Source: Octopus vulgaris (lineage: Eukaryota). From it: a stretch of 64,000 nucleotides of DNA. The notes beneath the pieces were generated by a model. It was not told the DNA's origin and made no database searches. It saw only the letters and a list, made by a program, of their open reading frames with translations. The translations under genes and the position numbers were made by a program. The stretch covers positions 23,684,001 to 23,748,000 of the forward strand of contig OX597838.1 in assembly GCA_951406725.2 (NCBI GenBank). Reading direction: 5' to 3'. This document shows, piece by piece, positions 53,830 to 64,000 of this stretch; position 1 is the first letter of the stretch; the number at the start of each line of letters is the position of its first letter.

Positions 53830-54827
53830 GTCTATGCCCCTTCCATCCTTTCTATGCATATAAAATAAATGTTCCAAGATATATTTCACGGATGCTCAGT
53901 AACGTTTCTGTAGTCTGAGGGGGTTTCGGGTCTTTCAACGTCCGACCCTCTTCGCCTGGTTGAGCCAGCTAGGGTTGCGCAATACCTAACTTGCATCTCT
54001 GTAGCAACAAACCACCAGCCTGTCTTCTTTATTCTAAGCAACCTACAGTGGGGACAAGTAACAGTTCCAATTCTCAATATCTGTGGCCTTGTTAGGTCAG
54101 TGAATTAACAGAATGGTAATTTTATATTATGATTCTCAGAAAAAATATTCGTGGCTTTATGTCTGACTTATAATATATCAATATGGAGGCGCGTGGCTTA
54201 ATGGTTAGGGTGTTGAACTCATGATCGTAAGGTTGTGGTTTCTATTCCTGGACCGGGCGATGCGTTGTGTTCTTGAGCAAAACAATTCATTTTCACGTTG
54301 CTCCAGTCCACTCAGCTGGCAAAAATGAGTAATCCTGCGACACGCCACTGAAACCGGCCCTTATGAGCCTGGCATGACTCGGGAAGGAACATTTTTTATA
54401 AGATATCAATATAAAATATTGATATCTGAGATCAAAATCGACCATGTTCACTTTTATTTCCATTCTTCAGGTCTTACAGAAATGAATAACTGTAATAGTC
54501 TGTTAATTCCACTGACAATCACGTTTTCTACTCTAAAACATTGGCTTTGTGCTATTTAACAAGACAATTTCGTTAAAGCGATTTGTATTTCTCCTCAATT
54601 CCTGTTACCGCGTTTAGCATGAGCACTGATTTAGCAATGATGAGGATGTAGGCATGGATATATAGTTGAGGCGATTGCTTCAAAACCATTTGTTTGCGCG
54701 TCCGATCTCACTGTGCAGCATCTTCGTCTAGTGAAATGTAATAGATGGAAGCCCCTTCACTCACACATACGCGGGACAAACACGCACCCATTGAGTATGT
54801 GTATGTGTGTGTTCTATTATTGTATAT

Positions 54828-55530
54828 ATTTCTTTACTGCCCACAAGGGGCTAAACATAGAGGGGACAAACAAGGACAGACAAACGGATTAAGTCGATTA
54901 CATCGACACCAGTACGAAACTGGTACTTTATTTATCGACCCCGAAAGGATGAAAGGCAAAGTCGACCTCGGCGGAATTTGAACTCAGAACGTTACAACAG
55001 ACGAAATACCTATTTCTTTATTACCCACAAGGGGCTAAACATAGAGGGGACAAACAAGGACAGACATAGGTATTAAGTTGATTACATCGACCCCAGTGTG
55101 TAACTGGTACTTAATTTATCGACCCCGAAAGGATGAAAGGCAAAGTCGACCTCGGCGGAATTTGAACTCAGAACGTTACAACAGACGAAATACCGCTAAG
55201 CATTTCGCCCGGCGCGCTAACGTTTCTGCCAGCTCGCCGTTTTATTATTGTATACCAGGGGAAATAACCATAATACCGGTGCTTCGCAAACTATGTGCAT
55301 TGTGATATTTTAAAGTACACGAGACCCGAGCTGCCAGAAACGTTAGCGAAATGCTTAGCGGTATTTTTGTCTGCCGCTACGTTCTGAGTTCAGATTCCGA
55401 TGAGGTTGACTTTGCCTTTCATCCTTTCAAGGTTGATAAATTAAGTACCAGTTGCGTACTGAGGTCGATCTAATCGACTGGCCCCTTCCCCCAAAATTTC
55501 GGGCCTTGTGCCTAGAGTAGAAAAGGATAT
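54828..55530. mobile_element. SINE family A dimer (-) followed by a head-to-head monomer (+)
   Basis: Low-divergence copies 54828-55240 (-) and 55329-55530 (+). Confidence 0.8.
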
Positions 55531-55934
55531 TTTAAAGTACATCACTAACACTCCTTTGTCAACTTCACCGGCAAAAATACCATAAACAAATTATCAATTC
55601 ACTGGAAATCTGAAACGACGTTATTGTTCACAAACTGATAAATAGAAAAAAGTAAAAACGAGTAAGATATGAAATATGACTGATTGGCATCTAAGGGAGA
55701 CAACTTGTTTTCCCTTCTTGAACTATATTCAAAGTAAATTTTCGAAATCCAAAAGTAGAATAAATTATTGCTTTAAGACAGAAAGAAATGCCAAACTAAT
55801 CAGTTTAAATCCCGTGGAGAATTAGGGAGTCATCTTGAATGTTTAATAACTAAGCTTTTGGGAAAAGCAATCAAAAGAATTTGAAAAAGCTTTCATTTGG
55901 TATGGGGGGGGGGGGGCAAAGTATATATATATAG

Positions 55935-55980
<46 letters not shown>

Positions 55981-56174
55981 ATATATATATATAAATCTAT
56001 ATATATACTTTTACTTGTTTCAGGCACTTGACTGCAGCCATGCTGGAGCACCGCCTTAAAGGGTTTTTTAGTCGAAGAAATCAACCCCATGACATTCTTT
56101 GTAAGTCTAGTACTTATTGTATGGGTGTCTTTTGCTGAACAGTTAAGTTACGACACACCAGCATCGGTTGTCTA

Positions 56175-56575
56175 GGATCTTTGGATGCTGGGCCTCACTG
56201 AGGAAATGGCAAGGGATCAGATGTGGCGATTTGCTGTACTTGATAGAACATGTCAAGCTAAGTAAAATTGCCGTCTTCCACACATACAGGCTTGTCCTTC
56301 CATGTGCCGGTGCCACTTAAAAACCACCTTTGCCGGGGCTGCATAAATGCATCCATGCTGGTCTTGCATAAGTGCACCTGTACTTGTGGCACGTAAAAGG
56401 CACCCAGCACGCTCTGTTAAGCAGTTAGTGTTAGGAAGGGTATCCAGACATAGAAACCATGCCACAACAAACAGCTGGAGTTTGGACAGCTCCCAGCTGG
56501 CCAGATCCATGTCAAAACCGTTCAATCCATGCCAACGAGAAAAGTGGATGCTAAATGATGATGATGTTGATGATA
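56175..56575 (+). mobile_element. RTE-clade LINE 3' end (ORF terminus, 3' UTR and (GAT)n tail)
   Basis: DLWMLGLTEEMARD..WRFAVL-like terminus followed by the GTTAGGAAGGGCATCCAG UTR motif; 5'-truncated UTR copies at 5240, 7250, 15395, 19480, 28570, 31260, 34370, 40268, 40715, 41790 and 56623. Confidence 0.65.
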
Positions 56576-57638
56576 CACACACACACACACACGTGTCTGT
56601 GCGTGTGTGTGTATATATATATATCATCATCGTCATCGTTTAACGCCCGCTTTCCATGCTAGCATGGGTTGGAAGATTTGACTGAGGTCTGACGAACCAG
56701 ATGGCTACACCAGACTCCAATCTGATATGGCAGAGTTTCTACAGCTGGATGCCCTTCCTAACGCCAACCACTCCGAGAGTGTAGTGGGTGCTTTTACATG
56801 TCACCGGCATGAGGGCCAGTCAGGCGATAGTGGCAACGGGCACTCTCAAATGGTGTTTATATATATATATATATATATATGTACAGAAACACACACACAC
56901 ACACATATATATATCATAGATAAATATAGGTATATCAAATACAATATGATATAAATTCTTGATTTACCGAATAGCAACGAAGACCAGCTCCATAGAAGAA
57001 GGGAGGGGGTAATCTAAAGAATAAAGAATTTCTCTAAAATTGATATATAGCAGAAGAAACTTGCCCAAGGTTCCACACAGTGGGACTGAACCTGGGACCA
57101 TGTGGTTGAGAAGCAAGCTTCTTGCCCCATTACTAAACAGCCACGGCCACGCCTTCATGATAACAATCCTTTCTGCTATGGAAACAAGGCCTGAAATTTT
57201 GGGGCGGGGGTTAGTCGATTATATCGATACCAGTGTTCAATGGTACTTATTTAATCGATATCGAAAGGGTGAAAGGCAAAGACGACCTCAATGGAATTTG
57301 AACTCGGAATGTAAAGATGGACGAAGTCAAGGAACAACAAGGAACAGGTGTAATAGTTTGAAGTTCATGAAGAATGAAAAATTCTTTGACGTTTCGAGCC
57401 AAACCTCTTTGACAGAGATGGATGAGGAAAGAAATGGTGAGAGAGAGAGGTGTAGGGATTATACATACATACGTACGTACATACATACATGCTTGCTTAT
57501 ATATATAAAGAATATGAGGGGGTTAGCTTACTTGTGATCTAAACGAATAGCTACGCAGGGTAAGTGTCTTAGTTGGTCAACCATTAAGTTCCAAGATCAT
57601 AGCTAAGGTTGGATCTAGGGATCCATGTTGTATGGTAG

Positions 57639-57672
<34 letters not shown>

Positions 57673-57749
57673 CTCGCTCTGATACTGAGTTGAGTTGATG
57701 CCTTCTAGTATCTCAAAATTCAATATATAATCATTTATGATTATAGTAT

Positions 57750-57850
57750 TCTACGCTGAAGAGAAAAGAAGTTTTCGGTAAGATAGAATTATTTAACATT
57801 TAATTCTTATGCTTTCCTAAAAACTTGATTTCGAAACGTACGTCCGTAGA
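57750..57850 (+). ncRNA. Minimal type-I hammerhead ribozyme motif (intact core)
   Basis: TCTACG-CTGAAGA-GAAA...TTTC-GAAA-CGTACG-TC-CGTAGA: 6-bp helix I, palindromic helix III, GUC site. Confidence 0.82.
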
Positions 57851-58855
57851 TAACTTAAAATTGTATGATAGATTGCCGTCAATTCATTCTCTCTTACCTG
57901 TTTGTGTCTGCCTTCCAATTGCTGTTTTTACTGAGATCTCCTTTTTTAGTAGAAGAAATAGCTATAACTCTTTGACTGCTATTTCTAAATTCGGTATGTG
58001 GTAAGGCAATTCGTTGCTAAACCCTTTATTGCTTATATATATATATATATATATCGGGGAAAAACTCAAGGTAATAATTTGAACTCATTGAAAATGAATG
58101 TAAATGTATCGTTAGCTAATATAGTGATTTGAAATATTTAATTACTGTTCTGGTATTCAAATTAAATTTTATCCATTTTTCTGTGATTCCCCCCCCCCCC
58201 CACATCTGTTCATCGTATTTTCGCGGGAAAAGGCCAAACGTATTGATAAATAAATATTTGCTGGTGTTAATCTCACTCATTTACTCTTAAATATTATTAT
58301 GTTTTCTTCGTCCGTGTTTGGTGAAATAATGAATCAAGGAATGAAATGAAACAAAGCAATTCACATTAAAATTAAGTCATCGAAATTCTGTCGGAGGTGC
58401 AAAGGTAAAGCAAATACTTCTGCAAATTGCAAATAAATATAATTTTCAAATCATGTCTCCCGCCGAAAAATAAAATTACAAAATTATTTTAAAAAAAACA
58501 AACTCTCTCTAAAGTCATTTAAAATCTTTTTGGAAAAGCATCCAGATTAAGGTGAGAATGTCCAAAGTAGATTAATTGATACTTAAATTCCTCTGTAAAC
58601 TTTATAAAAGTATATAATAATTGAACTTGTTCAGTATGGGATGAAAAACAATAATTTTACTACAAAGTAAACGAAGCGGCCAAAAATTGTTGTTCGGTTA
58701 AAGACCCGACGGGAGAATGGTCACAGAAAATGGCTCTTAATTTGACGAGGACGTCCATTACTAGTGTCTTAGATGTATTAAACGTTAGAGCAAGTCTCTT
58801 TTGATTTAAACGTTGACTTGTTATTGTTTAATTGTCTTTCATAATAAACTGAAAA

Positions 58856-58898
58856 ATGGGTAAGAAAAAGGAACAAACAACAGAAGAAGATGTTACGG
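58856..58898 (+). CDS. Possible first coding micro-exon of a divergent gene (MGKKKEQTTEEDVT)
   Basis: AAAAATGG start context, consensus donor CGG|GTAAGT, CpG-retaining unique sequence; no downstream exon identified in the window. Confidence 0.3.
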
Positions 58899-59187
58899 GT
58901 AAGTAAGCTTTGTCTCGAGCTCCATTTTTCCCCGTGTGTAGTTGTTTATATGTTCGATATCTGCCGCCCTGGCCAGCCTACACATTGGTTTCTCTTTTGG
59001 ATTTACCTTCTTTCTTCCTTTCTAATTATTTCTTCGACGATCGAAATATTTATATATATGAATAAAGTAACAGACAAACGAACCATCTATGTTTAGTGTT
59101 TCCCGGTTGATTAAATATCGAACACTATTCCCCGTTTTTATTTTCCTTTTTTGTCCACTAATAGGGGACAGATTCAATTCAATTCAT

Positions 59188-59596
59188 AAGGAAGAGCTCG
59201 GTTAACTGATGTTGTCATTTGAATCTCAAAGCATAACCACGATTCAATGGATCCAATGAGGAATCCCCAAAGTTGTTGGTCTAAGTACCGGGAATGGTAA
59301 CCAAAATTATCTCACTCGGATTGTACAATCTACAACGTTTTTTTTTTTGCTGATGTTTACTGTCTCTGCGTCCGGTCAAAAACTGACCGTTTTTAATATC
59401 ATGTCTAGGACAACATCATCTGACTGTATTTGTTCTTCCTTAAACGTTGTAGATTGTTCAATCCGAGTGAGATTTTTTTGGCTACCATTCCCGGTACTTA
59501 AAGACCAACAACTTTGGGGATTCCTCATTGGATCCATTGAATCGTGGTTATGCTTTGAGATTCAAATGACAGCATCAGTTAACCGAGCTCTTCCTT
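59188..59596. mobile_element. Foldback/MITE with ~155-bp inverted arms and ~100-bp spacer
   Basis: Arms 59188-59340 and 59442-59596 are near reverse complements. Confidence 0.85.
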
Positions 59597-60957
59597 GTGC
59601 CGCCGCCAAACTTCTACATATTCTTAATGAACACATCTTACCACAGGCAGACATCGATATATGTCAGAGTGACCAAGAAACGTGAAAGGTATCAAGTGGT
59701 CGTGAGATGTGCTAAAAACAACAACTAAATCGCCACGAATTCCTGTAAAAATTTTCTGAAAATCCCCAAAACTAAAAAAAGTTGTGAGGGGTTATATGGG
59801 ATGCTTAAACCAGAATTCCGTCCGCCTCACCATAAATCATATTTATTAACTATTTCTGACGAAAGTACAATTATTAATTTTTTCCCTTTAGTTTTACACA
59901 AGATCTAACTGAACTTTCAATTCCCACCACTACCACGTTCTGTGAGTGTATATCCTCCGTTGTTCACCTTGTAGAATTATCAACGTGACCAATGATCTTC
60001 CTTTTTTTACGTCGGTTAGATTTACTCTTTACTCTTTTACTTGTTTCAGTCATTTGACTGCGGCCATGCTGGAGCACCGCCTTTAATCGAGCAAATCGAC
60101 CCCGAGACTTACTCTTTGTAAGCCCAGTACTTATTCTATCTGTCTCTTTTGCCGAACCGCTAAGTAACGGGGGCATAAACACACCAGCATCGGTTGTCAA
60201 GCAATGCTAGGGGGACAAACACATACATATATATATATACATATATATAGACAGGCTTCTTTCAGTTTCCGTCTACCAAATCCACTCACAAGGCATTGGT
60301 CGGCCCGGGGCTATAGCAGAAGACACTTGCCCAAGATGCCACGCAGTGGGACTGAACCCAGAACCATGTGGTTGGTTAGCAAGCTACTTACCACTTGCAA
60401 TTTTCTTCAACAAAACAATCCATTAATCAGTGGCTTTGCAGATCGAACAAAAGAAAGAAAGAAAGAAAAAAAGGAAACACCACGAAGTTATGCTGCATGC
60501 AGTATTCGACAAAAAACGAATCAGTCTACCGGAGTTGCTGATGCGAAACCTTATTGATGCATTGCGAACTTCGGGTTGGCATCAGGACACTACCGCGATG
60601 TTAAGTGACCCAGCGGCACTCACTGACATGCCTCTGCGCATTTGTTTTGGAGATTTAAATTCCTGGATTTTCCTGAAGAGAATGCTGCAAAATGGTCTCC
60701 TTATTCAATCCGAATTTGGAAATTTGCAGCCTTTGAAACATGTGTAGAAAATAATAAAAGGAATTTTGTAGAATCTTCGTTCAGCTCCATTTCTTCCCTT
60801 CACTAAATATATAAAACTTCAATTATCCGCGCTAAGGCACGGTTGCGACACCCCATGGTCGTAACCTCAACCGTGTTTTTTCTGTTGTGATTTTTGCTAC
60901 CCAGGTATCGGTTAAATTTTGAATAATCCGTATCAAGATAATTCATTTATCCATTTC

Positions 60958-60999
<42 letters not shown>

Positions 61000-63022
61000 C
61001 ACATTACAGATATAGGGTGAAAAATTATTAATTTGATTTATTAAATTTGAGTTATAAATTTATTATATTTGAGTTACAAATATTGGTATCTGTGGAGACA
61101 TATTTTTGTAGAAAAAAGAAATAGCAGTCTTTTGGTTGCTATTTCTAAAAGTTTCGGTATGTGGTCAAGCAGCTTGTTGCTAAACCCTTATTGTTATAAT
61201 TATATATATATACACATACATACATATATATATATATATATGTATGTATGTATGTAGAATCTGGTAATTTTCCCGAGTGAGAAAGAAAATTTTTTAGATT
61301 GATAAAATATTGCAAAGAGCAACAGTGTGTGTGTATGTATGTATGTATGTTTGTTTTTGGTGTGTGTCTGGTGGTTGGAGGTTCTACAGAGGTCGTTTAG
61401 TTCTTGGTCAATCCTGATCGGGCAAGAGCTATGTTCAAGAAGCATTAGCATTTCAGCCATGGCCGTCCCATCGTTGATACGACTACATTAACGTGCCGGG
61501 TTTTTTTGTTTTTTACTTTCTCAAGACGGAGGGATATAATTTGAGGGAAATTCAAGTCCTCTTTCTGACAAGTCGAGCGTCTACGCAGCGGCTTCCCTCT
61601 TCGGCTATCGAGGTTGTTTAACGTTCAACCCCTGGCCAGTCCCGGTCCAGTGTTGACTGATAGTCAAAGGCGTTCCACCGGCGCCCGTCCCGTCCCGTCT
61701 TTTCTTTCAGATCTAATGGAACCAGGATTACATTGTCCAATGTGTCCGTCCGGCCTTCCTTTAAGACTGTAGGGGTGTGATTTGCGAAACAATTTGGCTG
61801 TGACTTTTAGCAGGTCGAGCGACCACGTTGAGGTTCCCTTGTCAGCTATTGAAGTTTTCCCTGACAGGTAAATGAATTCCATTCAGTTTCATTTACATTT
61901 ATTCGCCGAAAGTTTTGACATAGTTACAAGGCTGGACTAAAAGTTAATTACCATGTTCAAGAGTTAGTTTCGTTATGATAAGAAAATATGTACATACATT
62001 TGTATTTAATCTCTTTGGAATTATATAGACCCCGAGACTGAAATTCACACAGGGTTCTACATACGTTGGCGTTACTACATAAGTGTTTCTCTTCACCGAG
62101 TTTATTTCTTAAAAACTTTCTGAAAATGGATATTTTTTTAAAAATGGAATCCAAGTCGGTGTGTGGGTGGAGCCCACTTATGTAGTTATGCCTCTACGTT
62201 TTTGATTAGCCTTTAGTTAACGGGGCTCCGATTTCTTGTCGGGAATGGGGGGTTCGAACGTGTACCGTATTGGTTTTCGTAATAGAAATTTTGGAATAGC
62301 TATCCGTCGAGGTCCCATATCGCAAAGGATGGGGAAAAACAAAAGGCTATGGAATTGAGCCGGAGAGGGCACAGTAATCCGTTGTTTGAAACGAATACTA
62401 AAACATAAAGGGGTCTCCCTCCCTTCCGCATTCTAATATCGGATTTCAAATGATTTCTTACATCACATGGGACTCCGAGGGAATTCCCATGAGATATGGA
62501 GCCTCAAGGGTATCGCTATTCCAAAACTCCACCTTGGTTTATGTTGTTCTTCCCAGTCACCAAGTGGTCATACCTCCACAAGTGTATCCTCCCCCCCCCA
62601 ACTTTGTTTCCTCATAACTTTGAGAAAAATTGGGAATATGTATATGAAGAATTTTTTTTCGGTGTAACAAAAAGCCTAATCCCTAAACACCGGGTGTGCG
62701 TATTCTTTACCTTCGCCGTATAGATTACAATTATATTGGAATTTAATTTGGGTAAAAAAAAAATGGTGGGTGAACATGTAGTTATACATAGCATATATCT
62801 ACAAAATGAAAGGGAAAATCTTGGAAAAAATGTGATGGTTACAGTAACCAGCATTTTCTTTTTCTTATTTTTACTTATTTGGTTCACCCGAAGAGTATTT
62901 GAAAATTTTATTGAAACTATCCATTTCTCTGAAAGTTATGAGGAAATAAAGTCGGCGGGGCATTTGTGGTGTTACGAACTGGGGGTTCTTTTTAAAAGCC
63001 GGTTTATAATCAATTAAATATA

Positions 63023-63422
63023 TCTTTATATATAAAAGTGAAGTTGTGTGTCTGTCTCCTACGATTTAGATTCCTAACTACTCCCACATTTTGCGGTGCA
63101 GTTTAACCAAAACCGGGTATCTTATAGTCGTGATTCATATCGAGCCCTTCTGGGTATTAGTGCACGTCTACGATGAGTCTACGATTTAAAAAAAAATTTA
63201 CCATAAATTTTTTTCCATTTTAATGCATTTTTTCGATATTATATAAGGGAAGTAACTCTCTAAAAATGTCTACGATGAGTCAACGATTTAAAAAAAAATT
63301 TACCATAATTTTTTTCCCCATTTTTAATGCATTTTTTTGCTATTATTTGGCTATAACTCTCTAAAAATGCTCATATAGTTATTTCCCTTACAAATCCAAG
63401 CAACGCCGGGCGATACTGCTAG
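63023..63422 (+). mobile_element. Non-autonomous Helitron
   Basis: A|TCTTTATATATAAAA 5' end, 3' GC-rich CAAGCAACGCCGGG then CTAG|T, no TSD; internal ~100-bp duplication. Confidence 0.75.
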
Positions 63423-64000
63423 TACTTTATATATTATTGAGAAGTACTTCAGAAATTTGACCGACTGCCATCGTTTTCTCAGTTTTCGATATTTCTAGAA
63501 AGCTTTACTGAATTTGCCATGTCTGTCCCACCTGTAACATGCTTAAAACCATTAATCTCCTTTCGTAATATTTCTTCATCATTATTATTATTAGTATTAA
63601 TAATTTCCTTTCCTTAACGTAAATCTGTTATTCACTCTAACATCAAACCCCGAATTATATATAACAAACCCCATCTTCTCTAAAATAATATATATGGGTC
63701 AAGCGAAATGAAATGTTTATTTCTGATTTCTATGGCAACAAAATGGATAAATAAATATCTATTCTTTTACTTGTTTCAGTCATTTGACTGCCTCCATGTT
63801 GGAGCACTGCCTTGAAGGGTTTTTAGTTGAACAAATCAAGCCCCCAGAACTTATTTCTTAAGCCTACTACTTTATTCTATCGATCGCTTTTACCGAGCCG
63901 CTAGCACACCAATGCCGGTTGTTAAGCGGTGATGGAGAGACAAAGATATACTCATACACACACACACGACGGGCGTATGTTTTTTTTTTTAAATTATAAC

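Noticed and set aside
60430-60747. 105-aa plus-strand ORF as a possible exon of the divergent gene
   Set aside because: No recognisable domain or clear splice sites; cannot be supported

Overview
AT-rich, microsatellite- and repeat-dense animal genomic DNA. The SINE/MITE repertoire suggests an octopod cephalopod (inference). One complete five-exon minus-strand gene spans 45282..1197 and encodes a 263-aa TLC (TRAM/LAG1/CLN8) domain membrane protein, TLCD1/TLCD2-like. All four introns are GT-AG (about 23.5, 12.7, 3.7 and 3.5 kb) with consistent phases. A possible first exon of a divergent plus-strand gene lies at about 58.86 kb. The rest is transposon debris: several tRNA-derived SINE families, RTE and CR1 LINE 3' ends, a Penelope-like GIY-YIG fragment, piggyBac/mariner/hAT/pogo-like MITEs, a Helitron and two large foldback elements. 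The most interesting signal is a set of short (TA)n-embedded elements carrying minimal type-I hammerhead ribozyme motifs: three have intact cores, and two of those lie in sense orientation inside the gene's introns. There are also many intronic inverted repeats able to form dsRNA. Nearly all ORFs in the supplied track are microsatellite or SINE artefacts. Repeat boundaries were read by eye and are approximate unless a TSD is given.
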